Shown here: one piece after another, positions 34,201-41,434 of the stretch | Position numbering within the stretch: position 1 is the stretch's first letter | Layout: the number at the start of each line of letters is the position of its first letter | From: Candidatus Woesearchaeota archaeon | GTDB lineage: Archaea > Nanobdellota > Nanobdellia > Woesearchaeales > JABGUJ01 | Reading direction: 5' to 3' | Assembly (NCBI GenBank): GCA_018646625.1 | Contig: JABGUJ010000004.1 | Span: 62,001-126,000 of the forward strand | Length of the DNA: 64,000 bases | Position numbers and translations under genes: made by a program | The notes under the pieces: generated by a model | The model's input: only the letters and a program-made list of their open reading frames with translations | Database searches by the model: none | What the model was told of the DNA's origin: nothing

Positions 34201-37200
34201 TCTTACCAAATTCAAGCATTGATGTGGAGAATAATGTTATTTCATCAGGGAATATTTCTTTGTCTTCTTTAGAAGTTTTTGCCCCTTTAGGTCAATCTAG
34301 CTCAATGTGTCAAACACTCAACTCTGATCTCCTACTAGATATTAATCTCGATACAAATGGGAGTTGTTTTACAATAAATTCCTCGAATATAGTCATCAAC
34401 GGAAATGGTTACACGATCACAGGTGATGGATCGGGATATGGTATAAACAACTCGGCAGGCTTCGATAATATCACAATAATAAACTTTACTGGAATCAATA
34501 ATTTCTCAAATGGCATATACGCAGAAGGCATGCAAAATTCTACAATATATAACAATACCATACAAAGCGCAAATGGTAACAATGCGCATGCGATTCGTTT
34601 AGGGGACTCATCTAGTTTCAATAATATATCTTCAAACACAATTAGTTTAAACGGAAACACTGCACATGGAGTCTATTTAACTGGTTCTTCTGATTCTGCT
34701 TATATATCTAGTAATACGATAACTGATACATCCGTAAATAACGAAGCAATCTATATCGTGGCTTCAGATAATGCAATTATAGAACATAATACGATAACTC
34801 TATCGGGTGGTAGGGCTATTGAGTTGAATGGGGCCGTAACTAACAATACAATAACTAACAACAACATTGAAGTATCTTCTGGAGGATATGGTATTATACT
34901 TTTATCAGGTCCTTACAATAACATGGTTTCGTATAACAATGTTACTGGTAGTTTAGTATCTCACTCGATATATCTGGTTAACGGAGATGATAATACCATC
35001 TATCATAACATTGTTGATGTGGCCTCAACCGGAGAACCTGTTATGTATCTTAATGTAGGATCTGAGAATAACAACATATCAACGAATATAATAACAACAT
35101 CTGATGTGGGCTCTCATGGAATACGAGTTGAGAACTCTGACAATAACCTATTTGAGTACAATAATGTAACTGCAACACAAACAAGTGGTTATGGTTTTAG
35201 ACTGAATAATGCAGACAATAACACAATATTTGCAAATAATATCAACGGAACAAGTACTTCAACAAACGGGATAGATATTTCTAACAGTACCAACAACAAA
35301 TTATATTCTAACTTCATCAATACTTTGTATTATGGTGCGGAAGGGATATATTTGGACGATGGGACAAATAATACTAACATTTCTATGAATCAAATAGTAA
35401 CTGAAGGAGAAGATGCGTATGGGATTTACATATATCGTGATTCTTCAAACAATTATTTCAACAGTAATAATATTACTGTATTGACATCTATTGGGGTTAT
35501 GGTGCGAGTAGATTCGGATGATAATGAATTCCATTCTGATACTGTCAACGTAGTTAACAACGCAAGTTTCTACATATATCAGAACGCCGCGGGAACGACA
35601 CTCGACGATGTGATAATAAATAATGGCCCGAACATCTCTAGTAGTTCAATGGATAACATATCGATCGGCGGGGTGGTTGCGATTCCGCCAGATGTTGATA
35701 ATCTAAGCAACATGTCAGACTATCTAACTATAAATAGTCAAGGAGATGGCGCGCATATTGATCTCAACTTAAGTTATACAACAGTCGATGTTACTAATGT
35801 ATCTGAGAGCAGCATACGCTTATATGAGTATAACGGATCAAACTGGACTTTGGTATCTACTTCTGGAGTTGATACATTAAACAATGTTGTTTATTCAGGA
35901 GAAATAATTAATTTTTCCATCTTTGCTCCTTTTGGAACATCTGGTGCATTTAATCCGACGATTAATAACATAGAATGTAGTGTTGATAATGGCACCAACT
36001 GGTCAACATGTTCCTCTGTTACGTATGGGGGGGAAATAACCAATCTATCTATTAATTGCACAGATCCTAACGGCGATGTTTCCTATGCGAGTTTTAGAGT
36101 TTATAACGAATATGATGATAACAATGTACTGAACCAAACAAACTCTACGCAGTCCTTAGGAGATCGTTGGATTATTAACACAAACTTCTCATTTCAAGAT
36201 TCAGGAAATATGTTGATTGAGACAATATGCACAGACTTACAAAACAACACAGATGACTATAACACAACTTGGTTTGTAGATTGGGGCACTTTACAACCAT
36301 ATTACGTGAATTCTACTGGTGATCTAGTGTATTCGCTAGATGGCTTCAATGTTACTCGATCCGAATTTTTCAATATGACAACAGGCGTACTCTGTGTTGG
36401 AGGAGAATGTCCTAATGTAACTGCTGCCCTAGATCCAATGCCCGTCGTAAAGAAGATTAAGGCAAAAGTTGCAGGTCGCAGTTTGAGAAAAGCAGAGAAT
36501 TTACCAAAACGATTCAGAGAGAACAAAAAAGAGCGTAAACCAGGCCAAATAAAAATAATACACTTCAAGTCTATTATTCAAGATGAATGGAAAGAAGAAC
36601 TAACTAGTCTTGGTGTAGTTCTCTATAATTATCGTCCTGAAAACTCCTTTGTTGCAAGAATAACAGACATAGGTTCTGTTACATCTTTACCTTATGTTGA
36701 ATCCATTGGTGATTTACCCAAGGAACGTAAGATTGTTGGTGCGGAAAGAAAGAAAGCCAGAAGGCAAAGTTACAAAGCATCTGTTAACAAACGAACCCGA
36801 TTTTCTTTGGGGATATTTGATGAAGGGGATAGAGATGATGTGATTACTAATCTGAATAATAATTCAATAGAGATCTTAACAGTTACTGATGATAAGATCA
36901 CATTCATTGCAAGCACACAAGAAGTAGACTCAATTGTATCTTTACCTGAAGTTGAATATGTTGAAGACGTGATTCAATATACCATAAAGAATGATTTAGC
37001 TACTGACACTATGGAAATTGACCAGGTAGGTTGGTTAGCTTATGGTTTGTCCGGAAATAACATGACTGTCGCAGTTGCTGATTCTGGATTAGATACGGGT
37101 GTAGATAACTTCTCGGTTGATGATGATATTCACAGGGATTTTGATAATCGGGCGACTATTTATAATTGGAATTGCACAGTTTACGGTGAGAGTTGTACTG

Positions 37201-40199
37201 ATCCTGATGATAAGAACGGGCATGGAACTCATGTGACTGGTTCGGTTGCGGGAGATGGTAACAGATCGACTAACCAATATAGAGGGTCTGCATATGAGTC
37301 AAACATAATCTTTCAAGCCATAGGTGATGACGATGGATCGAGAAGTGTATATCCTCCTCCTACTTTGGCTGAATTATTCTCGCAAGCATACAACGCTGGT
37401 GCGAGAATACATACAAATAGTTGGGGCGGCGGCGGTAATGGCTATTACTACAGCGATTGTACTGCGGTTGATGCGTTTTTGTATGATTATCCTGAATTAT
37501 TAATCCTTTTTGCAGCAGGCAATGAAGGATCTGGAACTAATACTATTGACGCACCTGGAACTTCAAAAAATACGTTGACTGTTGGTGCCTCATACAATTC
37601 AAGATCGGGAAATATAGATACTATTGCTAGTTTTAGTTCAAGAGGACAAACAGATGATGGTAGAGTTAAACCAGACGTGGTCGCACCTGGGACTGCAATA
37701 TATTCAACTAAATCTAGTCAAATTGATTCCGCAACACCGGCATGTAATACTGGAGGACTGGGGGGATCATACTATTCATCATGTCAAGGAACTAGTATGG
37801 CGACACCTTTAGTTGCAGGTATGGCTACTCTAACTAGAGAATATTTTCAAGAATGGCAAGACGAAACAAATGTTTCGGGAGTTTTAGTTAAGGCGGCAAT
37901 AATCAGTGGTGCAGATGAAACAAGTTACGGCTTTCCAAGCACTGCGACAGGGTGGGGCAGAGTGAATCTAACAAGAACCATTAATCCGCCACCTCCTGCA
38001 GGTTTTGACTACATAGATAACAAAACTGGTTTAACAACAGGAAATACTGCATCTTACACTTTTGATGTAACTGACACTTCGGTTCCTGTAAAAGTAACAT
38101 TAGTCTGGATGGACTATGAAGCATCCGCTGGCGCCGATCCTACACTAATCAATGATTTAAATCTGTTAGTACAAACACCAAACGCCAGTTTATACAGAGG
38201 AAATGATTTCGATGCAACGCCTGATGATGAAAATGATTCCATAAACAACGTTGAGATTGTAAGAATTAGCGATCCAGAAACAGGAACGTTCACAGTTAAC
38301 ATAACAGGGTACAACATTCCTCAAGGACCTCAACCTTATGCATTAATTTTCTATGGCGGAATAAGGCTGGCCGCATCAGATAAATTTGATGACGTATTAT
38401 CGACTGATTTAGAATCTCTAAACAATACAGCGATACAAAACGTAACCAATTTAACAATTGGAATTGCAAACAAAGGTCAAATAAATTATGGTTTGCAAGG
38501 AGTTAATGTCTCTGGGGCCGATTTGAATAAATACATAACAATAGATGATAACTTAATTAGTTTAGATGCGGACAACCTACCACTGCTAAATACGTCTGCA
38601 AGGCTAAGTATTTTTGATCTATCTTATTCTTGGACGCCGCTAATATACAAAGACGGCTCAGTATGTTCAGATTGTAGTGACATAACTTACACTAATGGGA
38701 ACTTATCATTTAATGTGACTGGATTCAGCAACTATACGACAAGTGTTAGTGCACAACTTGCTATTAATGACGACACTGATGATGGAATTACTGCTTATCC
38801 TAATCAAGAAATATATTTCTATGCGAACTACACCAATATAACTGACAACTCTCCAATAAATAACTCGGTTGGACAATGTACTATTACTTTTGAGAGTTCT
38901 CCTACTCACACCATGACATATAATGCTGCAACAGGAGAATATGAATATAGTAGAACCTTTTCTTCAAATACTACATATACTTACATTATCTCATGTAACG
39001 GTACTGATTACGAACCACTAAGTTTGTCAGATGACATAATTGTTCAAAACAGCAGCGAGTCTAAAGGATTAATATCAACAACGGAAGGCGCAACTCCATT
39101 CTGGACAAATGCATCAAGTAATCCTGCCAACTCTTCAGAATATTCTTGTTTATTGAATATGCGGGGAGGAGAAACTTGTAATCAAACCTGGTATGTGACG
39201 CCCACGGGAAATGTAGGCACAACCTGGAACTTCTTTTCAATATACGAATCAACAGTTAATTCAAGTTATGTGATTTCTAATACTTCGAACACAGTTAATG
39301 TTACAATTACTTTGGGATCATCTGTTGAAGCACCTACTGCGTTATTCATCACAAACATAAACGATTCGGCATTGTACTTGAATTGGACAAATGTTGTAGA
39401 TGCAGATAGTTACACGGTTTATTACAGTACAAATGTAACACAAATACTAAACCTGAACATTAGCAATTTAGGTGCTGCTGTAACAAACGTAACTGGAATA
39501 CCGATACTTAACTGGACTGACACAAGTTCCGGATCTGTAACAGAAAGATATTATAGAGTTGCCGCAATTAGGTCGGGTGATGGTAATTTAACAACTGATA
39601 CGATTGGTAAGTACGACATAGAAGTTGTTGAGGCGACAGGAATACCTGGAAGCGGCGTAGATCTTAACTTGATATCCGTTCCTTTAATACCTAACAATTA
39701 TAGCATAAATGCGATACTTAATCAATCATCCGACAATGACTTGATTTACAGATACAATACGGACACCCAGAATTACCAAAGCACGCAATTTTTTGAAGGA
39801 TTTGGTTGGTTTGGTGATTTTGACGAATTTGAACCTGGGGTGGGTTATGCTTTCAAACCAGTTGCAGCTTCTTATAATTTCACAGTACTAGGAATTGTGC
39901 CTTCGAGCAATCTAACTGTGGCTATCAAAAACGCAACAGGGGTGCCGGGCAGCGGAATAGATTTAAATTTAATCGGCTGGCACAGCCCTCAAACCGTGTG
40001 CAATATAAGTGCCATAATTGATAACGCATCTAATAGTGATATAATTTATCGCTACAATACGCAAAGCCAAAACTACCAAAGCACGCAATTCTTCGACGGG
40101 TTTGGTTGGTTTGGTGATTTTGACTGTTTTGAGCCCGGAGTTGCATATGAATTTAAACCAGTAACGAGAAGTTATAATCTCAGCTACGGCCTTTCCTAG
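28230..40199 (+). CDS. Giant secreted protein (3989 aa) with Cys/Asp-rich repeats, NosD-like beta-helices and an embedded S8 subtilisin-like (KP-43-type) serine protease
   Basis: GTG start 6 nt after GAGGTGA; signal peptide. S8 motifs AVADSGLD (D ~37080), NGHGTHVTGS (H ~37221), FAAGNEG and GTSMATP (S ~37794), then a VKVTLVW.D..NDLNL..NNVE C-terminal barrel. Confidence 0.92.
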   Translation: MNTSRLFLAIFVVYFLLIQPLAATSQINPSYSFNLPVDDTTLDDCLTNDDCDESYHCSNESLCAECSLWEDDDICCNGERGGDCGLEEETNCQDGTDNDDDYFVDCEDADCILNEECRCSARDDCWDNTYCFDGLCIPCDKNEDDWVCCQGEDLKSADCQSEDNVERICDDLRDNDFDGNKDCEDSDCKDNWQCFSYSTNEIYTISSSEPASSFFDDFNLGINSSFYIISNGTDLTINSYNGMVLVNGSFDHELELYPYVDIKTISNISDGDFLATVDINITDTGGSLVSAELYGGFVLSNTSGQYVTCEIDLNTTHYRLLIYNDSYGEAADKALLTNGTGLLSMGYNSETNNITCEFGGESISAYYPYIANEDHGLVITGGLSAIGTPDNIGGDVNITFDNLNYTLIPLECGANLASSTTLDSDLLGCGSYAINISSDNVTLDCNGYTIQGDGSYGIYVDANNFTLQNCNISFNGTSSNYAIYYTYDNKSNSNLFNNTIYAGNNTAIWVHNRLFNLTITDNHIEAADFNVLMISSTSSGVVLTNNTILGQGWIVSFGASNGVVTNNVMNASNGWYAFSLIGDNNTVANNNISATGQKTFYLEGSNNTVYDNRVQANGPALFSQSADPDQNTFLNNRFATSLNIGYLVSLYSFSHSNVLVYNNSFGEIRWSGEGLSLDTSDAATLDHGEGLNISQNFISFDSDTFTEVYDQIATISFYNLSYNETPVLLKDGARCDHTDSCNISYNNVTGILYANVSEFSNYTTTADVPCGIINSNFNLSYDLTSSETCFTINSSNVVLDCAGYTITGNGSGYGVNITNVDNVTIENCIVNNFSRGISKDGYDLNTYYTFQNNTINTYGESGYGLYLIVSQNSTIFNNTITTSGYQGSALYFNPGINYSNVSQNTLTTYANWSYGIFPALSYNNVIDSNTIVTYGNTSDGMDAPSSYGNTISNNNITIYGEAGGIDIVYNSSHNTISNNVITHSGDDSAALELCEYATNNTLSNNIVQITGTDSAGIDICDYAYNNTIINGILNATLFSDVILENGGNNNVFLNVSFNKSDVGFEGTSGSIIVRWYVQVNVTDELSSPISSVNVSGYNVTSQVEDSALTDANGQATLTLTEFTQNSSHTTYATPHSVIASLQGYADDSSSVNLTQTESTTVQLTLTNDCAVLNGDYTLVRDITTSGTCFHINASDITIDGAGYSLTGDGTGYGINNSGQFDNLIIRNFGNISNFKFPIYTYFMTDSVIYNNTIDIPAIGGGSGVYLKYSDNNNISLNNITTQSSSTGIEGPGADNNDIFYNTISTTGGTGYGIQFYTSSSSNTLFGNTISSSGVGTDAVRISGGSSYNISNNTLFSLNSTSMGLYLSASHSFVISNTINTTGNSADGINLVGVTNMTLTSNTIYTTGEGSGGYGIDLATVSDSHIAENNITTTGDNFGAITFSNSNSNVVELNTATTYGSESDSLLLVNADHNIVSENIITTYGYDANGVYISSGSTNCTLISNTINTQSQYGRGIQMASTPDYPSMTFFNNNITTEGYLAEGMWLYYAHYANVTSNRITTNGNSSIVLRYSLSNHTSSQNNILISNGNSSHCLTHSTSFNSTASNNIINTTGNSSHGTWSSNIESTNISYNNITTESALARGIMHDNSNDNWFTNNIIVTNGDDAIGITNSNCERDTISYNTVTTQGNDADGIYFVGSPNTTANNNNISITGESGNAMLIVTSQRANLSNNTASVERDSVFDVYLITSNNSQVIGNYFISDGNNSHPIVLERTHHSLISDNEIITYNLSSGIYLANLSSLNNITSNNITTYGDQGHGIYSNYNASQNRIENNYVDVSGNATTGITLLGFSNNYTIANNTLSYSGNEVFQGIYINASDNNIILSNLADYQPGTGKWAFYIYDVENTLVNGLVMPESVNITTNYLKRVAVDIESSPESHSSELRNLSTFLQILGVTDEAYIDFNLSYDGVDITSIDESSLRIYWYNGTDWAVLPNSSIDVENNVISSGNISLSSLEVFAPLGQSSSMCQTLNSDLLLDINLDTNGSCFTINSSNIVINGNGYTITGDGSGYGINNSAGFDNITIINFTGINNFSNGIYAEGMQNSTIYNNTIQSANGNNAHAIRLGDSSSFNNISSNTISLNGNTAHGVYLTGSSDSAYISSNTITDTSVNNEAIYIVASDNAIIEHNTITLSGGRAIELNGAVTNNTITNNNIEVSSGGYGIILLSGPYNNMVSYNNVTGSLVSHSIYLVNGDDNTIYHNIVDVASTGEPVMYLNVGSENNNISTNIITTSDVGSHGIRVENSDNNLFEYNNVTATQTSGYGFRLNNADNNTIFANNINGTSTSTNGIDISNSTNNKLYSNFINTLYYGAEGIYLDDGTNNTNISMNQIVTEGEDAYGIYIYRDSSNNYFNSNNITVLTSIGVMVRVDSDDNEFHSDTVNVVNNASFYIYQNAAGTTLDDVIINNGPNISSSSMDNISIGGVVAIPPDVDNLSNMSDYLTINSQGDGAHIDLNLSYTTVDVTNVSESSIRLYEYNGSNWTLVSTSGVDTLNNVVYSGEIINFSIFAPFGTSGAFNPTINNIECSVDNGTNWSTCSSVTYGGEITNLSINCTDPNGDVSYASFRVYNEYDDNNVLNQTNSTQSLGDRWIINTNFSFQDSGNMLIETICTDLQNNTDDYNTTWFVDWGTLQPYYVNSTGDLVYSLDGFNVTRSEFFNMTTGVLCVGGECPNVTAALDPMPVVKKIKAKVAGRSLRKAENLPKRFRENKKERKPGQIKIIHFKSIIQDEWKEELTSLGVVLYNYRPENSFVARITDIGSVTSLPYVESIGDLPKERKIVGAERKKARRQSYKASVNKRTRFSLGIFDEGDRDDVITNLNNNSIEILTVTDDKITFIASTQEVDSIVSLPEVEYVEDVIQYTIKNDLATDTMEIDQVGWLAYGLSGNNMTVAVADSGLDTGVDNFSVDDDIHRDFDNRATIYNWNCTVYGESCTDPDDKNGHGTHVTGSVAGDGNRSTNQYRGSAYESNIIFQAIGDDDGSRSVYPPPTLAELFSQAYNAGARIHTNSWGGGGNGYYYSDCTAVDAFLYDYPELLILFAAGNEGSGTNTIDAPGTSKNTLTVGASYNSRSGNIDTIASFSSRGQTDDGRVKPDVVAPGTAIYSTKSSQIDSATPACNTGGLGGSYYSSCQGTSMATPLVAGMATLTREYFQEWQDETNVSGVLVKAAIISGADETSYGFPSTATGWGRVNLTRTINPPPPAGFDYIDNKTGLTTGNTASYTFDVTDTSVPVKVTLVWMDYEASAGADPTLINDLNLLVQTPNASLYRGNDFDATPDDENDSINNVEIVRISDPETGTFTVNITGYNIPQGPQPYALIFYGGIRLAASDKFDDVLSTDLESLNNTAIQNVTNLTIGIANKGQINYGLQGVNVSGADLNKYITIDDNLISLDADNLPLLNTSARLSIFDLSYSWTPLIYKDGSVCSDCSDITYTNGNLSFNVTGFSNYTTSVSAQLAINDDTDDGITAYPNQEIYFYANYTNITDNSPINNSVGQCTITFESSPTHTMTYNAATGEYEYSRTFSSNTTYTYIISCNGTDYEPLSLSDDIIVQNSSESKGLISTTEGATPFWTNASSNPANSSEYSCLLNMRGGETCNQTWYVTPTGNVGTTWNFFSIYESTVNSSYVISNTSNTVNVTITLGSSVEAPTALFITNINDSALYLNWTNVVDADSYTVYYSTNVTQILNLNISNLGAAVTNVTGIPILNWTDTSSGSVTERYYRVAAIRSGDGNLTTDTIGKYDIEVVEATGIPGSGVDLNLISVPLIPNNYSINAILNQSSDNDLIYRYNTDTQNYQSTQFFEGFGWFGDFDEFEPGVGYAFKPVAASYNFTVLGIVPSSNLTVAIKNATGVPGSGIDLNLIGWHSPQTVCNISAIIDNASNSDIIYRYNTQSQNYQSTQFFDGFGWFGDFDCFEPGVAYEFKPVTRSYNLSYGLS
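39333..40199 (+). repeat. Copy 2 of the shared 867-nt C-terminal cassette
   Basis: Protein highly similar to 21255-22121 (APTALxITNINDSALYLNWTNV...YEFKPV). Confidence 0.95.
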
Positions 40200-41042
40200 T
40201 CACTTAAACAGCAAACAACCATAACCAACACAGCAAGAATAATCTCCACTAACATCTCCTGAAGTATAATACTTTAACAGCGAAGAATTCTTATCTTTCA
40301 ATAAAGAAACTAAAACAGGAATATTATTTCGACCACAAATTGTGGCTTCCTTCTCCGAAACATAGAAGTTAAAACCAATTGCATCATTCTTAAGAATAAA
40401 ATCGATTGCGCCTTTATCTAACTCATAAACATTCTTTTTAACATCCGAGGTGAATGGAACATAACCATAATTAACACCATAATGTGTGAAGTCGGAAGAA
40501 GCGATCACAATAACTTCTTTACCACTTTCGGAGATTGCTTTCTGAATCAAAGCAGAATTATTCTCAAACTCACTATCACCAATTAACAATGGAACGAACT
40601 TAAAGTCTGGATAAATAAACTGCAAGAAAGGAATCTGAACTTCAATTGAATGTTCATTTTGATGATTCTCAGAACTCTCGATGGCACCATGCTTAACCAA
40701 CAAGTCCACAAACTCATCATCACACTCAGCTACGCCTAACGGAGTCTCCCACCCGCCTTTCATCGTACATGGTTTACCTTTATATCTATGATTTGTACCT
40801 AATATCAAAACTAAATCTGGCTTTTTACTCTCTGCCAAAGCCTTGTAGAACCAAGCAGCACACATACCTGAGTAAGGATATCCCGCGTGAGGAACTATTC
40901 CGCCATATATCCTTAAAGAACCAGCTGAGCCAGGCAAAGAACCAGGTCCAAAAGAAGAAGTAAAACATTCCTTAATAGAATTAAGCAATTCTTCTTTATC
41001 TGAAGAGTAAAACTGTCCTGAAACTATCGGTTTTCGTATCAT
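40200..41042 (-). CDS. MEMO1 family protein (AmmeMemoRadiSam system protein B)
   Basis: MIRKPIVSGQFY, VPHAGYPYSG, ILGTNH, EHSIEVQIPFLQ, ASSDFTHYG, TICG, VGYG motifs. Confidence 0.93.
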   Translation of the reverse strand: MIRKPIVSGQFYSSDKEELLNSIKECFTSSFGPGSLPGSAGSLRIYGGIVPHAGYPYSGMCAAWFYKALAESKKPDLVLILGTNHRYKGKPCTMKGGWETPLGVAECDDEFVDLLVKHGAIESSENHQNEHSIEVQIPFLQFIYPDFKFVPLLIGDSEFENNSALIQKAISESGKEVIVIASSDFTHYGVNYGYVPFTSDVKKNVYELDKGAIDFILKNDAIGFNFYVSEKEATICGRNNIPVLVSLLKDKNSSLLKYYTSGDVSGDYSCCVGYGCLLFK

Positions 41043-41215
41043 ATCATTAGTTCAACAAGCGCCAATTAAATTTCTTTCGTATTTTCTAAATTTTTTCACT
41101 GGACATCCAAATTATTTTCGAATAAGCCTATACAACAGATATCTATCACATAGAATCGCTAAAGCACACTGGTCACTAGACTTCTACTCGTGTGAGATTA
41201 ATAAAAAGAAAGAAT

Positions 41216-41271
41216 GCTGGAGTAACAGAGCCCAGCAAGCAACGAACAAAAGTTCGCCGACACACCACGTC
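41216..41271 (+). pseudogene. Degenerate partial copy of the adjacent tRNA (5' end and variable arm)
   Basis: GCTGGAGTAACAGAGCC matches the tRNA 5' end at 16/17 positions; CGAC-ACACCACGTC matches its variable arm; no T arm or 3' acceptor strand. Confidence 0.6.
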
Positions 41272-41310
41272 AAAGAACATAATACAAACAAAATATTTAA
41301 ATTTTTGTAT

Positions 41311-41430
41311 GCTGGAGTAGCAGAGCCTGGTTAATGCGCCGGCCTCAAGGACCGGCGACGACACCACGTCTCGCGGGTTCAAATCTCGCTATACGAATTT
41401 GGATTGCGGGTGAAATTCCCGCCTCCAGCG
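41311..41430 (+). tRNA. Type II tRNA with CAA anticodon (Leu by anticodon, Ser-like body) and a 33-nt intron at position 59/60 (41384-41416)
   Basis: Acceptor GCTGGAG/CTCCAGC; D stem GCA/TGC; anticodon arm CCGGC-CTCAAGG-ACCGG; variable stem GACG/CGTC; T arm GCGGG-TTCAAAT-CCCGC after removing a canonical bulge-helix-bulge intron; discriminator G; CCA not encoded. Confidence 0.88.
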
Positions 41431-41434
41431 CCCT

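Noticed and set aside
220..39252. Many 60-185 aa ORFs overlapping the giant genes on other frames or the minus strand
   Set aside because: They are shadows of biased codon usage in long genes, with no motifs or initiation signals recognised.
12135..40199. Diversity-generating retroelement (TR/VR pair) as an explanation for the near-identical repeats
   Set aside because: Both copies of each repeat are coding, differences are not adenine-specific by eye, and no reverse transcriptase is in the window.
41216..41271. Split (trans-spliced) tRNA half
   Set aside because: The D and anticodon arms are disrupted and no complementary leader or BHB-forming flank was seen.
41337..41357. Selenocysteine/opal (TCA) reading of the tRNA anticodon
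   Set aside because: TCA is off-centre in the loop, and the acceptor (7 bp) and D stems are canonical rather than Sec-type.
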